Both the position numbers and the translations under genes were made by a program. DNA of 64,000 bases from an uncultured Phycisphaerales bacterium (GTDB taxonomy: Bacteria > Planctomycetota > B15-G4): NCBI GenBank assembly GCA_964537035.1, contig CAZIAK010000008.1, positions 624-64,623 on the forward strand, written 5' to 3'. This document shows, piece by piece, positions 27,653 through 37,511 of the stretch. Each line of letters starts with the position of its first letter. Within the stretch, counting starts at the first letter, position 1. The notes beneath the pieces are model-generated. The model worked only from the letters and a program-made list of their open reading frames with translations. It made no database searches and was not told the DNA's origin.

Positions 27653-28588
27653 TCAGAAGCCCGCCAGCTTGATGGACGGGCTGGGAGCCCAGCCCCGTCC
27701 CCCTGCGTCGGTCTCGACCAGCTGCCAGTCGCCCCGGTTCTCTTCAGAGCGCACCACCGTGCCCACCTCGAGGCGAAACAGCAGCTTGCCCTCGTCTCGT
27801 GGCTCGGCCCGCACCTGGGCATCAGCCACCACCACGGCTCGGTCGAGGTCTCGCTCTCGGGCACGGTCGAATCCCACCCAGGCCAGCAGACCCACCAGCG
27901 CGACGAACAGAGCCGCCCTGGGAGCAGCTTTCGGTGCCCGACGGCGCAAGCAAAGCAGCGCCAAGGCCAGACCCGCGAGGCCGGCCAGCAGTTGATCGGA
28001 CTCTGACTTCGCCAGCCACAACGGCAGACGCAGCAGGCTCTCGGTGAAGCTGCTCGCCGCCAGGCTGGCTTGCCCCAGCCTGGCGCGTACCTGATCGAGG
28101 TTGCGCCGGGCGGTGGCGTCTCTCGGAGCGCTGCGCAGGGCCGCCTCCAGGTGCCAGATGGCCAGGCCCAGGTCGCCTGATCGTGCCGCTGCCGTGCCCG
28201 CGTTGGTGTGCAGCAGGGCTCGGCGTGCCGGGTCGGCGTCTCCCGCAGCCAGCAAGGAGAAGAGATCGAGGGATTCGCCGTAGGCTCCCTTGCGGTACGC
28301 GGTCACCGCCGCGCTGAAACCCTGTTGCTGGAGAGCGTCGGAGATCACGGGCGCCTCCGTCGGCGCTCCGGGCTGCTGGGCTGTGGGCTCGGCTGTGTCG
28401 TCGGCCGCCCCATCGCCGCTCTTGCCCTCAGGCTCGGCCGCCGAAGTGCCCAGTATGACCAGGGGTTCGTCCCCATCCTGCTCTTCAACGGTGCCAACCT
28501 GTGCGGAGGCCTTGCCTGCGCAGACGGCGACAAGCAAGATCGCCAGGCAACAAGCGCGCCATGAGACCCAGAGAGGGGAGCGTGTCAT
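27653..28588 (-). CDS. BatE-like TPR plus SH3 protein
   Basis: Signal peptide, TPR (NAGTAAARSG..LAIWHLE.ALR), TM helices and an SH3b-like tail (GTVVR...W..V..GRGW). Confidence 0.8.
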   Translation of the reverse strand: MTRSPLWVSWRACCLAILLVAVCAGKASAQVGTVEEQDGDEPLVILGTSAAEPEGKSGDGAADDTAEPTAQQPGAPTEAPVISDALQQQGFSAAVTAYRKGAYGESLDLFSLLAAGDADPARRALLHTNAGTAAARSGDLGLAIWHLEAALRSAPRDATARRNLDQVRARLGQASLAASSFTESLLRLPLWLAKSESDQLLAGLAGLALALLCLRRRAPKAAPRAALFVALVGLLAWVGFDRARERDLDRAVVVADAQVRAEPRDEGKLLFRLEVGTVVRSEENRGDWQLVETDAGGRGWAPSPSIKLAGF

Positions 28589-30390
28589 GACTTCAGCCGC
28601 TCCAGGCTCTGGGCCAACGCCTGCGCCTCGCTCTTGATCTGATCCACGGGCAGGGCGGCCCCACCGAGGTAGGCAGCCTCCCAGCCCGTCATGGTCTGGG
28701 CCAACCGACGGGCAAGCTCCTCGTCGCTGATCATCGGCAAGGCCTCTTCAAGGGTGAGCCCGCCGGGCGGACCCCCGAAATGAGCAGCGAGGTAGCGGGC
28801 GAAAGCGGAGGCCGCGGCCGCGGCATCCCCTGCGGTACCCAGTTCGGCGTCAAGCACCCGCCGGGCGCCTCGGCGAGCCAGCAGGGCCGGGTTGTCATCA
28901 CGCCAGCGGGCACGCCCCGAGCGCCACTCAGAAAAGGCCAGGGCCAAGGCCCCGCCCACAGGCCAGATCCAGGCCGGGAGCCATGGCTGGGCCGGCGCGG
29001 GCAGGCGCTCCCGAATGGTCTCCAGATCGTTGAGCAGCTCTTCGGGGGTGTTCAGCTCGGTCAGACCTTCGCTGCCGCCGGGAGAGACATCCAACTCGAA
29101 GGGCCCCACGGTGAGCGTCTCATAGCTCTCGGTCTGCGGGTCGAAGAACGAGAACTGCAGCTCAGGGATGGCCGTCACCCGATCGTTCTTCGGCGCCAGA
29201 TCCAGCACCAGCTCACGCACGGGACCATTGCGCCGATCTTCCTTGCCGAAGATGCGGAAGTCCTCGGAGAGCGCGGCGAACTCGGGCCACTCGATCATGC
29301 CCAGGTGTCCGGCGCTCCCCGGTGGCACCACCAGCCCCAGCTGCAGCTGGCAACTCTCCCCCACCACGAGCTGGCGCGGAGTCGCCCGGGCGTCCAGGCG
29401 AAAGCGCCCCACGGCGTTTGTGTAGCTCGCTGGCCGGCCCTCACGTGGCGGCTCGCGCACGGTGATCACCGGGCCTGGCTCGGTAGCAGTGGCCACCACC
29501 ACCCGGCTGGGAACCGTGCTGAGCCCACCGAACAGAGAGAAGCCGCTGCTGCGACGCTGCTCCCGCTCCAGCACCAGGCGAAAGTCGAAGCGAGCGTCGC
29601 CCAGGGCCACCGTCCCCGACTCGATGGCCAACATGGGCACGGTCTGTGTGTGGACGATGGTGCTCTCACCGCCGCTGTAGTCCCTGTCGACACACGTGGG
29701 GATCTGCTCGCCCCCGGGCTGGATCGTGGCCTGAAAGAGGCGGCAATTCGGAGACGGTGGGTCCAGCAGGTGCAGGGCAGGCGACTCGGTCACCCAGGGC
29801 AGGGTGATCTCCAGGCCGTTGCGCAGACCGCTGTCGTAGGCTGCCTCGAGCACGCTGAAGCGCACGCCGATGTCGACCACCTGGCCGAGCCAGAGTTCGT
29901 GGGTCGCCGGCGTCACCTCGATGGAGACCAGGTCGTCCCGCAGGGTGCTGGGGCCCACGTCGACCAGCTGCGGCAGAGAGGCGACCTCGGAGCCGCGACA
30001 GCTGAAGCGAAACGGCGGGATGGCCAGCTGCCCCTGAACCTGGGGCACCAGCTCGAACTCCCATACCGTGCTGACCGAGTTGCTGCGCCGTCCGTTGATC
30101 GAACTGAACGAGCTGCGGGTGCTGGGTCCGCCAGCGAACCGTAGCCGCCCCCCCTTGACCTCGGGGACTTCGAGAAGATCGCAGTCGAGGCTCTCGTTGC
30201 CTGAAATGGTGACGGTGACGGTCATCAGCAGGCCCACCTCAGCGGGCGTGGGCTGCACGGTCACATTGATGCCCGGAGCCGCCGAGACGGCGCTGGAAAG
30301 GAGCGCCACCAGCACAACGGTGAGCGGGCGAAGCAGCGTTGCCAACGCACCGTGGCTCACCAGGGCCCTGAGGTCTGCGCCGCCGCTCAC
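28585..30390 (-). CDS. BatD-like protein
   Basis: Ig-like repeats with SSINGRRS and AVGRF motifs and a C-terminal TM segment; position in the Bat operon. Confidence 0.8.
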   Translation of the reverse strand: MSGGADLRALVSHGALATLLRPLTVVLVALLSSAVSAAPGINVTVQPTPAEVGLLMTVTVTISGNESLDCDLLEVPEVKGGRLRFAGGPSTRSSFSSINGRRSNSVSTVWEFELVPQVQGQLAIPPFRFSCRGSEVASLPQLVDVGPSTLRDDLVSIEVTPATHELWLGQVVDIGVRFSVLEAAYDSGLRNGLEITLPWVTESPALHLLDPPSPNCRLFQATIQPGGEQIPTCVDRDYSGGESTIVHTQTVPMLAIESGTVALGDARFDFRLVLEREQRRSSGFSLFGGLSTVPSRVVVATATEPGPVITVREPPREGRPASYTNAVGRFRLDARATPRQLVVGESCQLQLGLVVPPGSAGHLGMIEWPEFAALSEDFRIFGKEDRRNGPVRELVLDLAPKNDRVTAIPELQFSFFDPQTESYETLTVGPFELDVSPGGSEGLTELNTPEELLNDLETIRERLPAPAQPWLPAWIWPVGGALALAFSEWRSGRARWRDDNPALLARRGARRVLDAELGTAGDAAAAASAFARYLAAHFGGPPGGLTLEEALPMISDEELARRLAQTMTGWEAAYLGGAALPVDQIKSEAQALAQSLERLKS

Positions 30391-31313
30391 CAGTCTTTCT
30401 CCACGTCGGCCTGCTCTTGCGCTCGACGCTGGCGGTCCAGCTCCATGGCCATGGCTTCGAGTTCTTCGAGTTCTTCCATCAGGTCGGCCACCTCGGCCGC
30501 GCTCAGCTCCGGACGAGGCTGGGCCGTGGTCTGCTCTTGCGGCTCGGGAGGCTGCTGATCGTCCGGCTGATCCTGATCGGCCGGGTCTTGCTGTGGGTCG
30601 TCCTGGTTCTGCTCGTCCTGGTCGCCATCTTTCGACGGCTCCTGCTCGTCGCTACTGTCGTCCTTGTCCTGCTGATCCTGGTCCTTCTTCTCGTCGTCCT
30701 GGTCTTCGTCGCCTTCGTCGTTCTGCTCGTCTTCCTGCTCGCGCTGGCGCAGCTCTTCGAGCATCTCGGCCAGGTCATCGAGCCGCGCGGTGAGCGCGGC
30801 CACCGACTCGCGAGCCTCTGCTTCCGGGGACAGACGCAAGGCCTCCATGAACTGCAGGCGGGCCTCCTCGAGCCGCGGCATGTTCTGCTCGATGGCCTCG
30901 ATGAGTGGAGCAGGGTCCGCGTCGGCGGGGATGCCAGCGGGGTCGAGGGGCACACCCGCCGCCTCCAGCGCCTCCTCGGCTTGTCGCGACTGCAACACGC
31001 CAGAGTTGAACCTCGCCCGATGAGCCGACGGCCGCTGCAACGCCTTGCCGTACTCGTTCAGCGCTTCGTCGTAGCGCCCTTCTGCGGCGTAGGCGTCAGC
31101 CCGCTCGTGATAGACCAGCTCTTCTTCGGCGGAGAATGGCAGCTCGACGTAGGCCTGATCGAGCAGAACCAACGCGGCCTCGGCGTCGCCTTGTTCGAGG
31201 GACTGCCGAGCCTGGCGCAGCAGACGCACGCCCTCACCCACATCAGCCCTCGCTGGCGCCGTCAGACACAGGCTGCCTGCCAAGAAACCCACCGCCAGAT
31301 ACAGGCTCTTCAT
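30387..31313 (-). CDS. BatC-like TPR protein with acidic Q/D/E linker
   Basis: ATG 31313 overlaps the upstream stop; TPR motifs; low-complexity acidic tract; ends VEKDW. Confidence 0.8.
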   Translation of the reverse strand: MKSLYLAVGFLAGSLCLTAPARADVGEGVRLLRQARQSLEQGDAEAALVLLDQAYVELPFSAEEELVYHERADAYAAEGRYDEALNEYGKALQRPSAHRARFNSGVLQSRQAEEALEAAGVPLDPAGIPADADPAPLIEAIEQNMPRLEEARLQFMEALRLSPEAEARESVAALTARLDDLAEMLEELRQREQEDEQNDEGDEDQDDEKKDQDQQDKDDSSDEQEPSKDGDQDEQNQDDPQQDPADQDQPDDQQPPEPQEQTTAQPRPELSAAEVADLMEELEELEAMAMELDRQRRAQEQADVEKDW

Positions 31314-32314
31314 CTCGCGCTCCCGTCCCGGAGAATCTGTCGCGTACCCAGGCAGAGCAGGGCCAGGACCAGCCCCCACTGGTAACGATCGATGCCCTCT
31401 TCTTTCAGTCGGCTCGCCCTGGTGACACCTTCCATGGCGGCGATGCGCTTGGCGAAGATCTCGTCCAGCGGAAACGGCGTGCGCTCCACGGACAGGTAGA
31501 CCCCCGACGCCGTGCTGGCGATCTCCTGCAACAACCTGGCGTTGGGACGGCTCAAGATCAGGTTGTTCTCTTTGTCCCGCAGCAGTGTGGTCGCGCCGCG
31601 GCTGGAGCGCACGGGGATGTTGCCGCCCTCGTCCGTACCGTAGGCCACCACATGAATGGGGATGCCCCGGGCCAAGGCCTGGTACGACACTTCGGTCGGC
31701 GGCGGGTCGCTGTCGTGGTCTTCGCCATCGGTGAGCAAGATGATCACCGGCTGGCTGTTCTGCTCCTGGTCAAACGCGTCGAGGGCCAGCTCAAGCCCCT
31801 CGCCAATGGCCGTACCGCCGGTCCAGTTCGAGTGGGTGTCCACGTCGTCAAGAAAGAGCTGAAACGACGAGCCATCAGAGGTCAGCGGGATCACTCGTCG
31901 GGCATCGCCAGCGAAGGTCACCAGACCCATGCGGTGTCCGCGCATCTGCTGCAGCAGTCCCCGCACGTCTCGCTTGGCCAGCTCAAGACGCGAGGGCTTC
32001 ACGTCTTCGGCGAGCATGGAGCGGCTCGTGTCCAGGACGATCATGACGTCGACGCCCCGCTCCTCGATCTCTCTGCGAGAGGTGCCTACCAGGGGGCCGG
32101 CGAGGCTGGTGATGATCAACCCCAGCGCCAGCAGCGACAACCCATCGCGAAGCCAGCGCCGTCCACGGCTGAACGGGCCGCCCAAAGCCGTGGCCTGCAA
32201 ACCCAGCAGCGCCCTTCGACGCTTGCCCGCCCGGGACACGGCCAGCGCCACGTACACAGCCAGGGGCAGCAGCGCCACCAGCCAGAGCAACGTATCGGGG
32301 CGAGACAGGCTCAC
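31310..32314 (-). CDS. BatB-like vWA protein
   Basis: MIDAS DTSRS, GTAIG, LLTDGED. Confidence 0.9.
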   Translation of the reverse strand: MSLSRPDTLLWLVALLPLAVYVALAVSRAGKRRRALLGLQATALGGPFSRGRRWLRDGLSLLALGLIITSLAGPLVGTSRREIEERGVDVMIVLDTSRSMLAEDVKPSRLELAKRDVRGLLQQMRGHRMGLVTFAGDARRVIPLTSDGSSFQLFLDDVDTHSNWTGGTAIGEGLELALDAFDQEQNSQPVIILLTDGEDHDSDPPPTEVSYQALARGIPIHVVAYGTDEGGNIPVRSSRGATTLLRDKENNLILSRPNARLLQEIASTASGVYLSVERTPFPLDEIFAKRIAAMEGVTRASRLKEEGIDRYQWGLVLALLCLGTRQILRDGSAR

Positions 32315-33279
32315 GAGGTCGACTCCAGATAGGGGCCACGGTGCAGCAGCAGCTCAAGGGCCAGGAGCAGAGCCGCCGCCACCAACCACAAGGGGTACAG
32401 GTCGGTGTAGTCGGTGTAGCGCAGATCTTCCCGCTCTGTCTTCTCCAACTCGTCGATCAACTCGTAGACCTGCTCGAGGACCTGCGCCGTGCGGGCCCGG
32501 AAGAACTGCCCGCCCGTGGTCTCAGCCACGTATTCGAGCAGGGTCGTGTCGAGGTCAGCTTCGCGCACATTGCCGAAGACGTCCGAGGCCAGCACCACCC
32601 CGGCGCCCACGGTGTAGACCTTGATGTCGAGGTCCTTGCACAGGGCGGCGGTGTCTTCGACGGGGATGACGAACTGGTTCTCCTCGCCATCCGTGAGCAA
32701 GACGATGATCTTGCTCGCCGCGTCGCTGTCCCTCAGCTTGCGCGCGGCGTGGCCCAGGGCGGCACCGATGGCCGTGCCGTCGTCCGGGCCGTTGCTCTGC
32801 ACACAGTCGAGATCGCGCAGGTGCTGCAACACGGCGCCGTTGTCGAGAGTGAGCGGGCAGACCGTGCGCGGCAGACGGGCGAAGCTCACCAGGCCCAGGC
32901 GATCGTCTGTCCTCGCGCCGACGAAGTCGGTCACCACCGAGCGCACCACGTCGATGTTGGGGACGCCCTTCTCCATGCCGGCCCGGGTCATGGACGAGCT
33001 GATGTCCACGACCAGCATGATGTCGATGCCCTCGGTGAGCACCCGGGTCTCTTCGCGTCCTTCTTGGGGACGGGCCAGGGCGACCACGATCAGCGCCGCA
33101 GCCAAGAGCAGGGCGCCACCGGGGAGCCAGGCGGTGCGCACACGCCACGACCGCGGCAATCCCCCGAGCACCTGTGCGCTGCCACCATCGACCACGGCCC
33201 GACGCCGGGAGCGAGACCACAACCCCATGGCGAGCACGGGCAGCAAGAGGGCCAGGAACCAGGGCTCACCGAAGATCAC
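32311..33279 (-). CDS. BatA-like vWA protein
   Basis: LARPQ, MIDAS DISSS, DGTAIG, LLTDGE, IKVYTVG. Confidence 0.9.
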   Translation of the reverse strand: MIFGEPWFLALLLPVLAMGLWSRSRRRAVVDGGSAQVLGGLPRSWRVRTAWLPGGALLLAAALIVVALARPQEGREETRVLTEGIDIMLVVDISSSMTRAGMEKGVPNIDVVRSVVTDFVGARTDDRLGLVSFARLPRTVCPLTLDNGAVLQHLRDLDCVQSNGPDDGTAIGAALGHAARKLRDSDAASKIIVLLTDGEENQFVIPVEDTAALCKDLDIKVYTVGAGVVLASDVFGNVREADLDTTLLEYVAETTGGQFFRARTAQVLEQVYELIDELEKTEREDLRYTDYTDLYPLWLVAAALLLALELLLHRGPYLESTS

Positions 33280-34181
33280 CGGGTCTCCTCCACGAACTGA
33301 CCCGCGCCGTCGAGCATGGCCTTGGCCTGGTCAGCGCCCGGGCGATGGCGGGCATACTTGACCAGGTCGCACTGGGTGAGAAAGCTCTCCAGCCCCTCTG
33401 CCCGTTCGGCCAGCCCCTCGTCGGCGGCGGACGCCTCCAGCAAGAACTCTTCGGTGGTTCGCGCGGGAGCGTGCACGGAAAAGCGCCCCTCGATGTAGGT
33501 GCGCAAGACGTCCGAGACGGCCACGATGAACACCAGCACCTCTTCAGAACTACGGGGCAGCTTGAGCCGCAGCCGGTCGAGAGCTTGCAGCGCCACGTGA
33601 TCCACAGGTGGCACATAGATCGGCGTGATGACGATGCGCGAGCTGCGCACGACCCAGATCCAGAGCAGCACCAGCGCGGCCGACAGCGCGGCGGCGAAGA
33701 GCGTCAGATCAGCAGGTGGCAGGGGCAAGGCCAACGGTTGCAGCAGCTCAGAGACACGAGCCACCGTGCCCTTGGGACTCTGCTCTGCCACCAATACAGT
33801 GGCCGAGTCGAGGGCCGTGACCACGTCGCCGTCGATGAAGCTGAGCCCCTCGAAGACGAGCTCGCCGGCGCGCCAGCTGGCCACGGGCAGGCGCAGCTCG
33901 TCCGGCCCCAGACGACGCACGACCTGTGCGCTGCCCACCAGCACGTCGTCAGGCACAGGGTCGAGACGCAGATCCGCGTCTTCGCTGAACTCGCCGCGCA
34001 CCACCAGCTCAAACCAGCCGATGGGGACCGGCCCGTCGGGCAACACCAGCTCAAGGGGCGGCTGAGCTGGCGCCACGGCGGAGGCGTCTTCGACCACACC
34101 AGCCGAGGCCGCCGAGGGCACCGCAGGCGCCACCAGCGGGGCCCACAACAACGTGGCGATCACCACCAAGAGCGCAGTCAT
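33276..34181 (-). CDS. Membrane protein of the MoxR/Bat operon
   Basis: Signal/TM segment, Ig-like part, second TM, then LRTYIE.RF...TTEE and DLVKYAR motifs typical of this operon slot. Confidence 0.75.
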   Translation of the reverse strand: MTALLVVIATLLWAPLVAPAVPSAASAGVVEDASAVAPAQPPLELVLPDGPVPIGWFELVVRGEFSEDADLRLDPVPDDVLVGSAQVVRRLGPDELRLPVASWRAGELVFEGLSFIDGDVVTALDSATVLVAEQSPKGTVARVSELLQPLALPLPPADLTLFAAALSAALVLLWIWVVRSSRIVITPIYVPPVDHVALQALDRLRLKLPRSSEEVLVFIVAVSDVLRTYIEGRFSVHAPARTTEEFLLEASAADEGLAERAEGLESFLTQCDLVKYARHRPGADQAKAMLDGAGQFVEETR

Positions 34182-35074
34182 CGGCGACGCTCACGCATGT
34201 GCAGGTAGGCCACCAGCGGGTCCACCACCGCGCCCCCCAAGGGGATGTCCACGAGGTCAACGCCCCGGCGCATCAACTCGTCTTTCAGCTTCTCGGTGCG
34301 CTCCTCGAAGCGCGCAGCGAGGCTCTCACGCACGGCGCTGGAGCTGCTGTCCACCAGAAACTCCTGCCCTGTCTCTGGGTCTCGCCAACGCACCAGACCG
34401 ACCGCCGGCAGCTCGCGGTGCAACGTGTCGACCAGGCGCAGGGCCACCACGTCGTGCCGCCGGGCCAATGCACCCAGGGGACGGGAGAAGCCGTCGTCGA
34501 GGAAGTCAGAGAGCAAGAACACGTAGGCCCGCCGCTTGAGCACCCGGCTCAGGTGCTCGCAGACCATGGCGATGGATGTGCCCGCGTCTTCGCTGCCCCG
34601 ATAGAGAGCCTCGCGAATGATGCGAAAGGCCTGCCGCGCTCCGCCCCGGGGCGGCAGCTCGAGTTCGATCTTGTCGCTGAACCCCAGGTAGCCCGCCCGG
34701 TCACCGGACTGGATCGCGCTGAAGGCCAGGATCGCCGACAACTCCGCCGCCGCCTGGCGCACATTGCGATCGCTGCTGCCCAGCCGCGTACTGGCCGAGA
34801 GGTCGTGAGCGAGGATGACCGTCTGCTCCCGCTCCTCGACGAACTTCTTGATGTACGGATGACCCTGGCGAGCGGTGACGTTCCAGTCGATGGCCCGCAC
34901 GTCGTCGCCCGGCACGTACTCACGGACCTCTTCGAACTCCATGCCCGAACCCCGAAACACGGAGCGGAACCCGCCGGCCACCATGTCGGTGACCGCCTTG
35001 CGGGTGCGCAGCTGGACCCGGCGCACAGAGCGCAGGATCTCGGCGGTGGTGGGCTCGGAGACCTCGCTGGTCAC
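34178..35074 (-). CDS. DUF58 family protein
   Basis: GSGMEFEEVREYVPGDDVRAIDWNVTAR, DLSAS, FLLSDF. Confidence 0.93.
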   Translation of the reverse strand: MTSEVSEPTTAEILRSVRRVQLRTRKAVTDMVAGGFRSVFRGSGMEFEEVREYVPGDDVRAIDWNVTARQGHPYIKKFVEEREQTVILAHDLSASTRLGSSDRNVRQAAAELSAILAFSAIQSGDRAGYLGFSDKIELELPPRGGARQAFRIIREALYRGSEDAGTSIAMVCEHLSRVLKRRAYVFLLSDFLDDGFSRPLGALARRHDVVALRLVDTLHRELPAVGLVRWRDPETGQEFLVDSSSSAVRESLAARFEERTEKLKDELMRRGVDLVDIPLGGAVVDPLVAYLHMRERRR

Positions 35075-36060
35075 GGCACGTTGATCGTGTCGAGGATGCG
35101 AGTGATGACCTCCTCGACGGGGATCTCCCGGGCCTCGGCCTCGTAGCTCAGCAGAATGCGATGACGCAGAACGTCGTGAGCCACCTGCTTGATGTCGTGC
35201 CCCTTCACGTAGGCGCGACCGTCGAGGAAGGCGTGTGCCCGACCGGTGAGCCCAAGAGCGATCGATGCCCGAGGACTGGCACCCGTGTCGATCAGCGGCG
35301 CCAGGTCGTCGAGTCCCACCGAGGCCGGGTCGCGGGTGGCCCGCACCACGTCGACGATGTAGGCGGTCACCAGCTCGTCGATGTAGACCTCGTCGAGCAG
35401 GGCCATGGCTCGCGTCAGCTGCTCATGGCTGGTCACCTTGCGCACGTCGGTGCGAGGCTGGTGACGGGCCATGGCGTCGACGATCTTCTGCTCGTCGTCC
35501 TTGCTGGGGTAGTCGACCATGATCTTCAGCAGGAAGCGGTCGAGCTGCGCCTCTGGCAAGGGGTAGGTGCCCTGCTGCTCGAGGGGGTTCTGGGTGGCCA
35601 TGACGAAGAACGGCTGGGGCAGCACGTGGGTCTGGTCGCCGATGGTGACCGTGCGCTCCTGCATGGCCTCGAGCAGGGCCGACTGCACCTTTGCCGGCGA
35701 GCGGTTGATCTCGTCCGCGAGCAGGATGTTCGCGAACACGGGCCCCCGGCGCACGCTGAACTCGCCGGACGCCGGGTTGTAGATCTCGGTGCCGGTGACG
35801 TCGCTGGGCAGCAGGTCCGGGGTGAACTGGATGCGATGAAAGTCGAGATCGAGGGCCTGGGACAGGGTGCGCACCAGCAGGGTCTTGGCCAGACCGGGCA
35901 CGCCCTCCAGGAGCACGTGGCCGTCCGCCAGCATGGCGATGATCAGCCGCTCGACCAGGTGTCTCTGGCCCACCACCACCCGCTCGACCTCGTCCATCAG
36001 GTCGGTCAGAAAGCGGGACTCTTCCTTGATGCGCGCGCCGCGCTCCAGGATGTCACTCAC
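35071..36060 (-). CDS. MoxR-family AAA+ ATPase
   Basis: HVLLEGVPGLAKT, IQFTPDLLPSD, DEINR, GTYPLPEAQLDRF. Confidence 0.96.
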   Translation of the reverse strand: MSDILERGARIKEESRFLTDLMDEVERVVVGQRHLVERLIIAMLADGHVLLEGVPGLAKTLLVRTLSQALDLDFHRIQFTPDLLPSDVTGTEIYNPASGEFSVRRGPVFANILLADEINRSPAKVQSALLEAMQERTVTIGDQTHVLPQPFFVMATQNPLEQQGTYPLPEAQLDRFLLKIMVDYPSKDDEQKIVDAMARHQPRTDVRKVTSHEQLTRAMALLDEVYIDELVTAYIVDVVRATRDPASVGLDDLAPLIDTGASPRASIALGLTGRAHAFLDGRAYVKGHDIKQVAHDVLRHRILLSYEAEAREIPVEEVITRILDTINVP

Positions 36061-36272
36061 GGGGACTCCTCTTGTCTTCTCGCTGGGATCGCTTGGCCCA
36101 CCAGGCTGGTTTCAGGCCAATGCAGGTCTAGGTACGTGCTCAGAGTGTGCCGCCCCCCGAGGCGTTCCTCGGCGAGTCTTGGCCAATCAAGCACTATACC
36201 GATAGACCCATGGCGAATGTTGGACGACCGGCCCCCTCGAGTCTGGCTCTGAGCGACGCAATCGAGGCCGCC

Positions 36273-37385
36273 TCAGACCAGGCTGCGCAAGAAGACCAGC
36301 GCCGGTGCCACCCGGATGCCGACCTCGTTCTGGTAGTCCCGCTCGCCTCTGGCAGAGAGCTGCCAGGCCTCCGCGTCGGGGAATCTGGCCTTGAGGTAGG
36401 CCAGGCCTTTGTCCACCGCCCGATCGCTTTGTTTGCACTCGACCAGCAGAGTCGGCTGGCCCTTCTCCACCACGACGAAATCCACCTCGCGCCCGTCTGT
36501 GTCCCTGAAGAACATCAGCTCGATGTCCCGCCCCTGGGTGTCCTGCTGAAACTGCACCCACTTGAGCAGGTGGCAGGCCACCACGTTCTCGAATCGGGCC
36601 GCACGGTCGTCCACCAGGGTCCAGTCCACGTGGTAGTGCTTTCGAGCCTTGCGGATGGCCCTGATCTTGGGGGCGCCAAACGGGGAGATGCGAAAGACGG
36701 CGTGGAGACGCTCCAGCACCGTGATCCAGCGCTCCGCCGTCTTGTGGCTCACTGCCAGATCTTCCCGCAAGGCGTTCACAGACAGCAGCGACCCCACAAG
36801 GTCGGGCAGACGCAGCATCAGCAGCTCAAGCCGGCCCAGATCATCGACCCGCTCCAGGCTCGTCAGCTCTTCGTGGATCAGCAGATTTCGGTACTCGCGG
36901 GACCAGCGCCGCGCTTCGATCTGACTGCCTGAGAAGAACGGCTCCGGAAAGCCCCCCAGCTCCATGAACTGCTCAAAGTCATCGGCGGTGGTCAGCTGGA
37001 GTTCAGCCACCGACAGAGGGTGGAGGCGCAGCAGGTGATACCGACCCTGGAGCGAGTCCCCCGAGAAGCGGTACATCTCCAGGCGTGCAGAGCCGGTCAC
37101 CAGCACCCGTTGGCCAGAGGGTCGGCCGTCCCACACTCCCTTCAGCCAGTTGCGCCAACCCCGGTACTTGTGGATCTCGTCGAAGACCCAGAAGTCTCCT
37201 GGAGGGAGCTGACCCTTGAGGATGCGCTCGCGATGTTCGCCGACGTCCCAGTTCAGGTAGCCGTCAGCTCCGTTCAGGAGCCTCAGGGACAGCGTCGTCT
37301 TGCCTACCTGACGAGGTCCAGACAGCAGGACCATCTTCCGATCGAGGTCGCGCAGGACCTGGGCTTCAAGGTAGCGAGGCTGCAT
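36273..37385 (-). CDS. AAA_14 plus DUF4143 ATP-binding protein
   Basis: GPRQVGKTT, FDEIH, TGSA, GGFPE, FEN.VA..L and a C-terminal EVDFV...VECK nuclease-like motif. Confidence 0.88.
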   Translation of the reverse strand: MQPRYLEAQVLRDLDRKMVLLSGPRQVGKTTLSLRLLNGADGYLNWDVGEHRERILKGQLPPGDFWVFDEIHKYRGWRNWLKGVWDGRPSGQRVLVTGSARLEMYRFSGDSLQGRYHLLRLHPLSVAELQLTTADDFEQFMELGGFPEPFFSGSQIEARRWSREYRNLLIHEELTSLERVDDLGRLELLMLRLPDLVGSLLSVNALREDLAVSHKTAERWITVLERLHAVFRISPFGAPKIRAIRKARKHYHVDWTLVDDRAARFENVVACHLLKWVQFQQDTQGRDIELMFFRDTDGREVDFVVVEKGQPTLLVECKQSDRAVDKGLAYLKARFPDAEAWQLSARGERDYQNEVGIRVAPALVFLRSLV

Positions 37386-37511
37386 GAAGGCAGAATACTG
37401 ACATTTTCACCTATAGTCCAATTCAAGCACAGACGTTTTACACCGTCAGCGAAAGACAGAGTTCGGTGGTTTCGAGCCCGCAGGAGTCCACCCGGGGCCA
37501 TTCCGGATGCC

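Noticed and set aside
30500-30760. Low-complexity GTC/CTG-rich tract
   Set aside because: It encodes the ordinary acidic Q/D/E linker of BatC-like proteins.
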